From the NCBI GenBank assembly GCA_031362565.1, contig JANLSU010000073.1:32001-96000 (forward strand): DNA of 64,000 nucleotides. Reading direction: 5' to 3'. This stretch comes from a bacterium. GTDB lineage: Bacteria; Krumholzibacteriota; Krumholzibacteriia; G020349025. Under the pieces are notes generated by a model. It saw only the letters and a program-made list of their open reading frames with translations, was not told the DNA's origin and did no database searches. Below, piece by piece: positions 1 to 8,434 of the stretch; position 1 is the first letter of the stretch, and each line of letters opens with the position of its first letter. A program made the translations under genes and the position numbers.

Positions 1-121
1 CCGGCTGGCCACCGACCTGGGTATTCGCGGGTGTGCTGAACACCGAGACGGCGGCCTGAGCCGCGGATCCAAAGACCAAAATCGCAACAAGGGGGCATGC
101 AACGAACCGTGCGGTCTTCAC
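1..121 (-). CDS. 5' part of a secreted protein (runs off the window start)
   Basis: Minus strand GTG at 121 reads MKTARFVACPLVAILVFGSAAQA-AVSVFSTPANTQVGGQP, a typical Sec signal peptide with an AQA cleavage site. Open to the window edge, so absent from the ORF track. Confidence 0.55.
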   Translation of the reverse strand, partial: MKTARFVACPLVAILVFGSAAQAAVSVFSTPANTQVGGQP

Positions 122-291
122 TTTCAGTCCATTTCGATAACGATCGACGATTCCCGCTCGAGCGCCGAAACGGGTGCGTAGTCGATCAAACCATCCGCGC
201 TGTAAGGATAGTTGGCAGCGGCGGGCCCGGTCAACCAAGAGCGGCGCCCTGCCCGGCCCGTTGGGTGAAAAACCCCACTCCGGCGCGGCCG

Positions 292-753
292 TTACTGCGC
301 CGCGAGATCTGTCGACATGATCCGGACAATATCGGAGCGGCTGACGATGCCGACCAGGCGGCCGTCGTCGACCACCGGCACGGGGTTGACGCGCTTTTTC
401 ACCATGAGATCGACGAGAACTTCGAGTTCGGCATCGGGTGTCACACTGTGCACCTCGCGCGTCATGACGTCCTCGGCGTGCGTGCCGAGCATGTGTCGCA
501 GCCGGGTCGTCAAGTGCCCGGGCAATTCGAGCGGCACCATCGAATCGAAAATTTGCAGAAACACCGGCATCTCGAGACGCCCGTTGCGGACGATGAGATC
601 CAATTCGGTGACGATTCCGACCAGCCGTTCCTGGGCGTCGAGCACTGGGACGCCGCTCACGCCATGCGTCGCCATGAGTCGCGCGACGTCGTTCACCGCA
701 GTATCGGTGCGAACGGTGAAAACCTTCGCAGTCATGAGGTCACGGACACGCAT
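292..753 (-). CDS. CBS domain pair protein
   Basis: Two CBS repeats (VRDLMT...GVPVLD...LVGIVTELDL; AEDVMT...VPVVDDGRLVGIVSRSDI). Confidence 0.9.
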   Translation of the reverse strand: MRVRDLMTAKVFTVRTDTAVNDVARLMATHGVSGVPVLDAQERLVGIVTELDLIVRNGRLEMPVFLQIFDSMVPLELPGHLTTRLRHMLGTHAEDVMTREVHSVTPDAELEVLVDLMVKKRVNPVPVVDDGRLVGIVSRSDIVRIMSTDLAAQ

Positions 754-794
754 GAAACCCTCCTCGGGCGAAACGGACGCGTCGGGAGCTTACA

Positions 795-1289
795 TCATGG
801 GCGCGCTGCGAGCGTCAGAACCAGCCACACCGTGGGTGTCAGGAGCACCGACGCCAAGATGACAATGGGCACCGCCGTGCCCAGGGTACTCGCCTCGCCC
901 TGGGCGATCCGGGTGATTTTCCAGCCCAGAAATGCGAGCAGCCAGGTGATTTCGACCTTCAGGATCGACAGCATCACCGTTGTCATGCGGTACTGGTGCG
1001 CGGCGTTCTCAGGCGTGATCTCGATCGGATAGTTCGCCAGATGAGGCAGCCGGGCGATGACCGTGAGAAGCGTGTACATCACGAGGGCCACGACCGGCAG
1101 TACGGCGAGTTCGTTGCGCGATCCCCAACGATCTGGACGTCCCGACCAATCGAAGTGCACCGGCACCTTGGCCGGCAAGTGCGGCAGGCGTGGCAACATC
1201 CAAGACAGGTGCGCCAGCAGGCCGGCGGCAGCAGACGCTTCGAGTGCCACGTCGAGCGGGGTCCATGGTGCAGGCAGAACGGGACGCAT
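795..1289 (-). CDS. DUF1648 / SdpI N-terminal-like membrane protein
   Basis: LPAKVPVHFDWSGRPDRWGS motif plus about 4 TM helices; start lies 2 nt after the trpF stop. Confidence 0.8.
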   Translation of the reverse strand: MRPVLPAPWTPLDVALEASAAAGLLAHLSWMLPRLPHLPAKVPVHFDWSGRPDRWGSRNELAVLPVVALVMYTLLTVIARLPHLANYPIEITPENAAHQYRMTTVMLSILKVEITWLLAFLGWKITRIAQGEASTLGTAVPIVILASVLLTPTVWLVLTLAARP

Positions 1290-1290
1290 T

Positions 1291-1977
1291 TCAGTCTCGC
1301 ATGGTCATGGGAGAGGGGCCGCCGCGCGTGCCATGTACGGCCTGCACGAATGCTGCGAGCTTGTCCGCATCGAGCCCGCCTTCAGTCCGAACTCCGGAGC
1401 AGAGGTCGACACCCCACGGCTCGACCGCAGCGATCGCCGCGGCGACATTTTCGGCCCGCAGGCCGCCGGCCAAGAACACCGGCACCGGTACCGCGGCACG
1501 AATGGCGTGGCTCACGGCCCAGTCGTGCAGGCGCCCGGTGCCACCCAGTTCCTTGATGCGCGCCGCGGGATTGCCGGAGTCGAGGAGGAGGGCATCGACA
1601 TGCGGCGCGATGGCGGTCGCCTCGGCCATCGACACGGGACCGGTGACGTGAATGACCTGCACGATGCCGATGCCCGGCAAGAGGGCCCGCAGATCGGCGT
1701 GCGTCCCGTGCGTCAATCGGTCGACGATTTGAATTGTCGTGGTGCGGCAGCGGGCGTGTTGCTCGACGATGTCCGCGACCCGCGTCGAAGAAGTCAGCAG
1801 AAAGGTGGCAATGGGCGGCGGGACACCGGCGGCGATCGCCGCGATGCGCGCCTCCGGAATGACGCCGGGGCCGCTCGGCATCGCCGCCACCAGACCGAGC
1901 GCGTCCGCACCAAGCTCGATCGCGAGCGCCGCTTCGGCCGCGCTCGCGATACAACAGACCTTGATCCGCGTCCTCAC
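1291..1977 (-). CDS. trpF: phosphoribosylanthranilate isomerase (TrpF family)
   Basis: C-terminal part of ORF 1291..3357: RIKVCCI...GADALGLV...LLLDS...GGTGRLHDW...FLAGGL...GVDLCSGV. GTG at 1977 overlaps the upstream stop (GTGA). Confidence 0.85.
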   Translation of the reverse strand: MRTRIKVCCIASAAEAALAIELGADALGLVAAMPSGPGVIPEARIAAIAAGVPPPIATFLLTSSTRVADIVEQHARCRTTTIQIVDRLTHGTHADLRALLPGIGIVQVIHVTGPVSMAEATAIAPHVDALLLDSGNPAARIKELGGTGRLHDWAVSHAIRAAVPVPVFLAGGLRAENVAAAIAAVEPWGVDLCSGVRTEGGLDADKLAAFVQAVHGTRGGPSPMTMRD

Positions 1978-3152
1978 GCTCCGGCCAACGCCTGCTCGAA
2001 GTCGGCGATGAGTTCGTCCGCCGATTCCAAGCCGACCGAGACGCGAACGAGATCGTCCGTGATGCCGATGCGGGCCCGTTCGTCGGGCGTGAGTCCCAAA
2101 TGCGAACTCCGGGCCGGCCGCACGACCAGCGACTCGGCGCCGCCCAGGCTGGCGGCGTGAATCGGAATTTGGACCCGCTCCAGGAAGTGCGCCGCCTGGT
2201 CGGCGGTTTGCGCATAGAACGACATCATGCCACCGCAGCCTTTGAAGAGCTTGCGCGCCGTCTTGTAGCCGGGGTCGGTCTCGAGGCCCGCGTAGTTCAC
2301 CTGCCGTACCTTGGGGTTGGCGGCCAGGGCGCGTGCCACGCGCCCGGCGCTGGCGGTCTGGCGCTCGACGCGCAGCACGAGCGTCTTCATACCGCGTTCG
2401 AGCAAGAAGGCGGCATGTGTGTCGAGCGAACCGCCCATATGATTGAGCACGTTGAGAATGCGCTGCATGTGGGCGCGCGTGCCGGCGACGGCTCCCGCTA
2501 CGATGTCGCTGTGGCCGTTCAGATACTTCGTGGCGCTGTGCACGGCAATATCGATGCCGATGTCCGCGGGCCGGAAATTGACCGGTGACGCGAACGTGTT
2601 GTCGATGATGGTGACGAGCCCGTGCTGGCGCGCGAACGCCACGACCGCTTCCAAGTCCAACACTTCCATGAGCGGATTTGTGATGCTCTCGACGTACATG
2701 ACCTTGGTGTTGGGACGCAGCGCCTTGTCCCAACCGCCGGCTGTCTTGGCGTCGATGCGCGTGCAGGCGATGCCGAGACGCGGGCCATCGTGGTCGAACC
2801 ACGACTGCATGCCGCCATACAGCGAGTTGTGCGCGATGACGTGGTCGCCGCTTTGCAGGAAGGCGAGCAACGTCGTGGTGATTGCCGACATGCCGCTCGA
2901 CGTCACGAGCGCGGCCTCGGTGTTTTCGAGTACTGCCAGGCGCGCATGCAGCACATGGTGGTTGGGCGAGTTGCTGAGCCGCATGTAGCGGACATCGCCG
3001 TAAGCGTTTTCTTCGCCCATAAGGTAGTTTGCCGACTGAAAGATCGGCGTGACCACCGCACCCTCGACGTTCGGCGACGGGCGGCCGGCGTGCACGACGT
3101 TCGTCTCCAGGGTCTTGAACTTGCAGGAATAATCGGTCACCGGAACCTCCAA
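1974..3152 (-). CDS. PLP-dependent Cys/Met metabolism enzyme (cystathionine gamma-synthase/lyase or methionine gamma-lyase family)
   Basis: TPIFQSA, SSGMSAI, ESITNP, DNTFASP, HSATKYLNGHSD (PLP lysine), SLGGAESL, LVRVSVGLE motifs. Confidence 0.92.
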   Translation of the reverse strand: MEVPVTDYSCKFKTLETNVVHAGRPSPNVEGAVVTPIFQSANYLMGEENAYGDVRYMRLSNSPNHHVLHARLAVLENTEAALVTSSGMSAITTTLLAFLQSGDHVIAHNSLYGGMQSWFDHDGPRLGIACTRIDAKTAGGWDKALRPNTKVMYVESITNPLMEVLDLEAVVAFARQHGLVTIIDNTFASPVNFRPADIGIDIAVHSATKYLNGHSDIVAGAVAGTRAHMQRILNVLNHMGGSLDTHAAFLLERGMKTLVLRVERQTASAGRVARALAANPKVRQVNYAGLETDPGYKTARKLFKGCGGMMSFYAQTADQAAHFLERVQIPIHAASLGGAESLVVRPARSSHLGLTPDERARIGITDDLVRVSVGLESADELIADFEQALAGA

Positions 3153-3253
3153 GATCGAAACCAGGGCTACGCGGCGGGACGCTGCGAGAGTAACATGCGG
3201 CCACGCCCGTGCGTACAGGTGGCAGAGACCCGTGCTGGATTGGAGTGGCTGGC

Positions 3254-5278
3254 ATGTCGTGCAACGTCTTGCGAGCGATCCACCGGTTGGGGATCGCGGT
3301 CGCAGTTCTTGCCGCCGGTCTCGCGTCCTTCGCCCGGGCCGAGCCTCCGCCTCTCATTCCGCGCCCTGTGCTCTTCAGCGGCGCCCCCTACGACGCGCCA
3401 CAAGTCGCGCCCGATGGGACGCGCATCGCCTACGTCGCGCGCGATAGCCAGGATGTTCCCAATGTTTGGATGCGCACCGTCGGCCAGCACGATGACGTGC
3501 AGGTGACACACGCCGAGCATGGTGGCATCGGGTTCTTTTCGTGGGCCTGGGACGGCCGGCATTTGCTGTACTTCGAGGACCACCACGGTGATGAGAATCT
3601 GCACTTGTGGTCGCTGGATCTCGCCACCGAGCTGCAACGCGACTTGACGCCATTCACGGGCGCGCGCGCCGTGAACCTGCTCACCAGTCCGGCGCGGCCG
3701 CACGAGGTGCTGGTCGGCCTCAACTTGCGGGACCGGCGCCTGTATGACATGTATCGCGTCGATCTCGAAACCGGCGCCGTCGTCCTGGACACGCAGAACC
3801 CCGGCGATGTGCTTGCTTGGACCACCGACGATGCGCTGCAGATCCGTGCCGCCTGTGCGCTGCGGGTCGAGGACGTGGCGACGGTCGTACGCGTACGCGA
3901 CAACCATGACGCTGCGTGGCGCGATGTCGTGGTTTCGCCCTTCGAAACGACGCCGCTCGTGGGCCAAGCGAACGGCAGTTCCGTCGTGCTCGGTTTCGCA
4001 CCCGGCGGGCGTTCCTTCTTCATGGTGACCTGGCGCAGCACGGACACCATGCGGGTGGTCGAAATCGATGCGGCAGACGGGCACGAGATTGCGTCACTGG
4101 CCCAGAACCCACGCTGCGACGTGGCGGGCGGTTTCGCCGCCGACGGCACGATGCACCTGGCGGCATTGCAGCACCCCATGACCGGAGCGCTCCAGGCCGT
4201 TGGCTTCAACGAGATGCAGCCTGAATGGCAGGCCATCGATCCAGCCTTCGAGACGGACTTCGCGGTGCTCCACAAGGCGGCGGGCAACGGCTGGTTCACG
4301 ATCGAGAACCGGGATCGCGACGATCGCGTGTGGGTGGTGTCGACGTCCCGTTCCGACGGCGCAAATCGTTACAGCGTGTATGACCGCGGCACCCACCATC
4401 TCGAGTTTCTCTTTGAAGATGCGCCGGAGCTTGCACATTGGACACTCGTGCCGAAGCAGACGGTGCGCATTCGCGCCCGCGATGGCATGGAGCTGCCGGC
4501 GTATTTGACGTTGCCGGCGGGAGTGCCGGCGAAGCAACTGCCGTTCGTTCTGCTCGTGCACGGTGGACCGTGGTTTCGCGATGGCGCCTTCTGCGATCCC
4601 GAAGTGCAGTGGCTCGCGAATCGCGGCTACGCCGTCTTGCAGGTGCAATTTCGCGGCTCGACCGGCTTCGGCAAGAAACACCTGAATGCCGGCACCGGCG
4701 AGTGGGGGCGTGCGATGCAGAACGATCTCACTGACGCCGTGCGCTGGGCGATCGCCCGGAAGATCGCCGACCCCCGACGGGTCGGAATCATGGGCGGGTC
4801 GTACGGCGGCTATGCGACGCTCGCCGGACTCGCATTCACACCGGAGCTGTACACCTGCGGCGTCGATGTCGTCGGGCCGTCGAACGTCGCGACATTGCTG
4901 GCGTCGTTTCCGCCGTATTGGGCGCCGGTCAAGAAGCGCTGGGTGCGCCGCATCGGCGACGCGGAAAATGACGCGGCGCTCAACGAACGCATCTCGCCGC
5001 TCTTCCATGCCGATGCGATCCGCGCCCCGTTGCTCGTCGGACATGGTTCGAACGACCCGCGGGTCAAGCAAGCCGAGTCGGACCGCATCGTGCAGGCCTT
5101 GCGCGATCGCCGGCAAACGGTTACCTACATCGTGTACCCGGACGAAGGACACGGTTTTGGCAGGACCGAAAACATTCTCGACTTCTACGGCCGCGTCGAG
5201 GAATTCCTGAGCAAGTATCTCGGTGGCCGCGCTGAACCCTGGAAAGCCGTGCCCGGATCGAGCGCCGAAGTGCACTGA
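3254..5278 (+). CDS. S9 family peptidase (dipeptidyl/acylaminoacyl peptidase), secreted
   Basis: Signal peptide, beta-propeller region, VHGGPW, GGSYGGY nucleophile, NDPRV (Asp), DEGHG (His). Start uncertain (ORF track gives 3209). Confidence 0.92.
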   Translation: MSCNVLRAIHRLGIAVAVLAAGLASFARAEPPPLIPRPVLFSGAPYDAPQVAPDGTRIAYVARDSQDVPNVWMRTVGQHDDVQVTHAEHGGIGFFSWAWDGRHLLYFEDHHGDENLHLWSLDLATELQRDLTPFTGARAVNLLTSPARPHEVLVGLNLRDRRLYDMYRVDLETGAVVLDTQNPGDVLAWTTDDALQIRAACALRVEDVATVVRVRDNHDAAWRDVVVSPFETTPLVGQANGSSVVLGFAPGGRSFFMVTWRSTDTMRVVEIDAADGHEIASLAQNPRCDVAGGFAADGTMHLAALQHPMTGALQAVGFNEMQPEWQAIDPAFETDFAVLHKAAGNGWFTIENRDRDDRVWVVSTSRSDGANRYSVYDRGTHHLEFLFEDAPELAHWTLVPKQTVRIRARDGMELPAYLTLPAGVPAKQLPFVLLVHGGPWFRDGAFCDPEVQWLANRGYAVLQVQFRGSTGFGKKHLNAGTGEWGRAMQNDLTDAVRWAIARKIADPRRVGIMGGSYGGYATLAGLAFTPELYTCGVDVVGPSNVATLLASFPPYWAPVKKRWVRRIGDAENDAALNERISPLFHADAIRAPLLVGHGSNDPRVKQAESDRIVQALRDRRQTVTYIVYPDEGHGFGRTENILDFYGRVEEFLSKYLGGRAEPWKAVPGSSAEVH

Positions 5279-5340
5279 CGGCAAAGTGGGGCAATGCCGG
5301 CGCCCCGCTTTCGTCTTTGCGCCCCTTGGCGGCGGCGATT

Positions 5341-5375
5341 TGTGTCGTTAGTGTGATGAACATGAAAACGACACA
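5341..5375. promoter_or_regulatory. 9-17-9 inverted repeat, candidate operator
   Basis: TGTGTCGTT (5341-5349) and AACGACACA (5367-5375), just upstream of an HTH gene. Confidence 0.5.
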
Positions 5376-5402
5376 CGAATCAGCGCGCACGAGCGATGCG
5401 CT

Positions 5403-6266
5403 ATGAAGACCACCGGCACTTCCACGAACCCGGGCGACGCATTCACGAGCGTTTTCTTGCAGCGCCTGCAAGCGGAGTTCGAGCGGCGCCGGCAAGTGAA
5501 TGCGCGCTATTCGTTGCGCGCCTTCGCCATGCATCTGGGTGTCGACCATTCGACGCTCTCCCAGATTCTGCGCGGCCGGCGGGCGCTCACCGCGCGTACG
5601 ATCGAACGCCTGGGTGCGCGCCTAGGTCTCGATCGCGACACGGTTGCCGCCGCGGTCGCGGACGAAGCGCGGCGCTCACCCAACATCGCGGCGCAAACCG
5701 GCGAAGTGCGCCGGCTCGCGGCCGACACCGCGAATCTGCTCGCCGACTGGTACCACTGGGCGATTCTGGAACTCGTGCGACTGCGTGACTTCGTGCCCGA
5801 TTCACGCTGGATCGCCCAAGTTCTCGGCATCACGGTCGACGAGGTCAACGTGGCCGTGGCGCGGTTGCTGCATCTCGGCCTTCTCGAGATGAGCGCCCCG
5901 GATCGCTGGACCGATCGTTGCGGCGACAGCGCCTCCAACTTCGAAGATTTTTCGCGCGCTGCGGTGCAACGGCTCTCGGAGCAGGTGCGCGCCTTGTCGC
6001 TGGCGGCGGCCCGCGACGTGCCGCCGTCGTTGCGTGAGCAGAGCACGACGACCATCGCCGTCCGCACCGAACGGATTCCGGCGGCGCTCGGGTGCATCGC
6101 CCGCTTTCGGGCCGAACTGCTGACGCTGCTCGAAAGCGATGCTGAACGTGACGATGTGTATCAGCTCGAGATCGGTTTCTTTCCCGTGACCCGGATCCAA
6201 AGCAACAAGGAGACAGACGATGGGCCGTCCAGTGATGAAGTGGCAGATTCTGGCGAAGAATCCTGA
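5403..6266 (+). CDS. TIGR02147/DUF4423-like HTH regulator
   Basis: N-terminal XRE-like HTH (NARYSLRAFAMHLGVDHSTLSQILRGRR), WYHWAILEL, C-terminal VYQLEIGFFP. Confidence 0.8.
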   Translation: MKTTGTSTNPGDAFTSVFLQRLQAEFERRRQVNARYSLRAFAMHLGVDHSTLSQILRGRRALTARTIERLGARLGLDRDTVAAAVADEARRSPNIAAQTGEVRRLAADTANLLADWYHWAILELVRLRDFVPDSRWIAQVLGITVDEVNVAVARLLHLGLLEMSAPDRWTDRCGDSASNFEDFSRAAVQRLSEQVRALSLAAARDVPPSLREQSTTTIAVRTERIPAALGCIARFRAELLTLLESDAERDDVYQLEIGFFPVTRIQSNKETDDGPSSDEVADSGEES

Positions 6267-6576
6267 CTGCGCCGCGCAGTTCTACACCCGCCTCTTCGGT
6301 TGGTCGGTGAGCGCCGACAATCCGCTCGGCTACCGGATGATCGATACGGGTTCTTCGAAAGGCATTCCCGGCGGCATCTGGCCAGCACCGCCCGATGCGC
6401 CGTCCTTCGTGCAGCTGTTCGTGGAAGTCGAAGATGTCGCAGCGACACTCGACCAAGCCCGCGAGTTGGGTGGCAACATCGTCATTCCGCCCGCCAAGCT
6501 TCCCGGCGGCGATGAGATGGCCGTGTTCGTGGATCCCGAGGGCATCCCGATCGCGGTGTACCGGCCGGGGGCCTGA
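6220..6576 (+). CDS. VOC/glyoxalase family protein
   Basis: FYTRLFGW...GGI...VEDVAATL..A..LGG.IV.PP...AVFVDPEG; SD AAGGAG upstream. Confidence 0.88.
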   Translation: MGRPVMKWQILAKNPDCAAQFYTRLFGWSVSADNPLGYRMIDTGSSKGIPGGIWPAPPDAPSFVQLFVEVEDVAATLDQARELGGNIVIPPAKLPGGDEMAVFVDPEGIPIAVYRPGA

Positions 6577-6587
6577 CCGACTCGATC

Positions 6588-6938
6588 TCAGAGGCGCGCC
6601 GGTTCTGATTCGGTGGGGAGCGCGGCATCGAGCCATCCCACGATTCCGGCCGACATGACCTTCACGTTGGTGTATCCCATCCGCTCCGCCCGGCGAGCTG
6701 CGCCGGGCGCTTTTCTGCACATGGAGTTGGAGCAATAGAACACCAGCATGGAGTCCTTCGCCGACGGGAGATCGCTCCCGTCGTAGTCAACCGGATCCAG
6801 ATTCACCGCGCCTGGAACATGGGCCGTCTCCCATCGCGGCCGAGGATTCACGTCGATGGCGGTCACCGACCCGCTTTGAATCAATTGATACAACCCGCCC
6901 GGCGAGATCGTCTTCAGCCCCATCAGTCGTGCGATCAT
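6588..6938 (-). CDS. rhodanese-like domain protein
   Basis: IDVN...HVPGA...VFYCSNSMC...GYTNV...GIVGW. Confidence 0.85.
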   Translation of the reverse strand: MIARLMGLKTISPGGLYQLIQSGSVTAIDVNPRPRWETAHVPGAVNLDPVDYDGSDLPSAKDSMLVFYCSNSMCRKAPGAARRAERMGYTNVKVMSAGIVGWLDAALPTESEPARL

Positions 6939-6972
6939 GCGTGGTTCTCCTTCTCCTGCGTGGTTCGAGCCT

Positions 6973-7557
6973 TCAGCAGGTGCGCCGCGATCGAATGGCG
7001 TATCCGGCCTGGACCAGCAGGCCGCTTCCGACCACCAGCAGGGATGCGGGTTCGGCGACGCCGATGGGCAGACCGAGCCAGGCGATCGTGAACGCCAGAC
7101 CGGTCAGCACCCAAATCCAGCCACCGACACGTCGATAGGCCTGGGCGCTCGCGGCGTCGCCACGCCGCGCTGAAAGCGGGGTGAGCACTTTCGGCATCGC
7201 GTTCCCGGTGAAAACGAAGAAGGCGCCCATGATGACCATGATGGTTCGGTCAGAGACTTCGGCGTCATGGATGACACCCAGCGTGGCCGCGAGTTTCAAG
7301 CCCAGCGCGCTCACAAGAATCAGGCCCGCGAACACGATGCCGGTCCCGATGGAATCCGCGGCGAGATTCTGGCCGCCTTCGTTTCCCGCGCGCCGCCGGA
7401 CGCGCCGCAAGACAAGGGACATGCAACCGAGAAGGAGCAGGGCAGCTCCCCAGGCTGGCGCGCGCTCGGGCCGCAGAGCCCAGTCTGCCGCGGCGAGCGC
7501 GGTACCCAGCACCAGCAGTGCGGGCGCAAAGTAGAACGAGATCGGCTTCGTTGCCAT
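6973..7557 (-). CDS. SdpI-like integral membrane (immunity-type) protein
   Basis: About 6 TM helices, FTGNAMPK and RVGGWIWVLTG segments reminiscent of SdpI; follows an SdpR-like gene; SD AAGGAGG before ATG 7557. Confidence 0.6.
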   Translation of the reverse strand: MATKPISFYFAPALLVLGTALAAADWALRPERAPAWGAALLLLGCMSLVLRRVRRRAGNEGGQNLAADSIGTGIVFAGLILVSALGLKLAATLGVIHDAEVSDRTIMVIMGAFFVFTGNAMPKVLTPLSARRGDAASAQAYRRVGGWIWVLTGLAFTIAWLGLPIGVAEPASLLVVGSGLLVQAGYAIRSRRTC

Positions 7558-7559
7558 GG

Positions 7560-7892
7560 TCACGCCTCCTTGAGCGGACGCCGTTTTGCGAGGGTCTTGC
7601 CGGCAAGAGAACTCGCCCCGCCCGGTGTCTTCATCTGCCATCCCAGCGTCTGCGCGAAACCGAGTAGCGCATCCTCGAGCACCGACATTTTCAGGCGATA
7701 GAGGATTGTTCTGCCGCTCTTCTCCGCCTCGATCAGCCCGGCGTCGAGCAACACGGCGAAGTGCGCCGACATGGTCGGCTTCGAGACCGGAAAGTGATCC
7801 GACAACTCGCCAGCCAGCAGCGGCCGCTCGCGCAGCAGTTGGAGCACCCGGCGCCGGGTCGGATCCGACAGAGCCTTGAAGACCGCGTTCAT
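7560..7892 (-). CDS. sdpR: ArsR/SdpR family transcriptional repressor
   Basis: MNAVFKALSDPTRRRVLQLL...AGEL...SKPTMSAHFAVL..AGLI...GRTILYRL.MSVLED. Confidence 0.85.
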   Translation of the reverse strand: MNAVFKALSDPTRRRVLQLLRERPLLAGELSDHFPVSKPTMSAHFAVLLDAGLIEAEKSGRTILYRLKMSVLEDALLGFAQTLGWQMKTPGGASSLAGKTLAKRRPLKEA

Positions 7893-7898
7893 GGTTCC

Positions 7899-7928
7899 AT
7901 TGTTAGCTAACAATCTAACTGTTGTCAA
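7899..7928 (-). promoter_or_regulatory. sigma70-like promoter overlapped by a perfect 16-bp palindromic operator
   Basis: Minus strand: TTGACA (7928-7923), 17 nt, TAACAAT, 6 nt, ATG. Palindrome ATTGTTAGCTAACAAT at 7899-7914. Confidence 0.75.
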
Positions 7929-8026
7929 CGGGTCCGTCGAGCTGCTTGCCCGCCCACGGCAACTTGTGTTGAGGTTGGTGGGTTCCGTGGGCTCCGGCTC
8001 CCCGCCTTGGAGAAGTCACGAAGGGA

Positions 8027-8434
8027 GTGGTGATGATGGGTTGGTTCATGCTGCTGGCTCTGCTGGCTCTCCCAGGCTCGGCGCGCGCCGGGACACTCGC
8101 ACCGGTTCCCGCGAGCGCGCCGCTCGCCTGCCGAACCGACCGGTTCACGCCGGAACAAAACAAGCGCCACGCGGCACTTCTTGAGCGGGTGATGGGCGCG
8201 CTCGAAGCGACCACCGAACTCGCGGATGGCTACCAGTGGAACGTCGACCAGCAGCGTGTTTCGTTCGCCGAGCTCACGGAGTGGATTTCACTGGAAGGAA
8301 TGTGTTGCCCGTTCTTCACCTTCGGCGTCGAGTGGGCACCGGCGGGCGCGCTGCGTCTCCGGCTCACCGGTGAGCCGGCGGCGAAGGCCGTGTTGCAGAC
8401 GTTCGCGCCACCGCCCGCGACGGACGGGCATTAG
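8027..8434 (+). CDS. secreted Cys-rich hypothetical protein (LAC...ExxCCPFF motif)
   Basis: Signal peptide, LACR and LEGMCCPFFTF motifs. Start may be the ATG at 8033 or 8036. Confidence 0.7.
   Translation: MVMMGWFMLLALLALPGSARAGTLAPVPASAPLACRTDRFTPEQNKRHAALLERVMGALEATTELADGYQWNVDQQRVSFAELTEWISLEGMCCPFFTFGVEWAPAGALRLRLTGEPAAKAVLQTFAPPPATDGH

Noticed and set aside
1291..3357. 688-aa ORF as a TrpF fusion
   Set aside because: The N-terminal ~460 aa is an off-frame shadow of the PLP enzyme gene; TrpF starts at GTG 1977.
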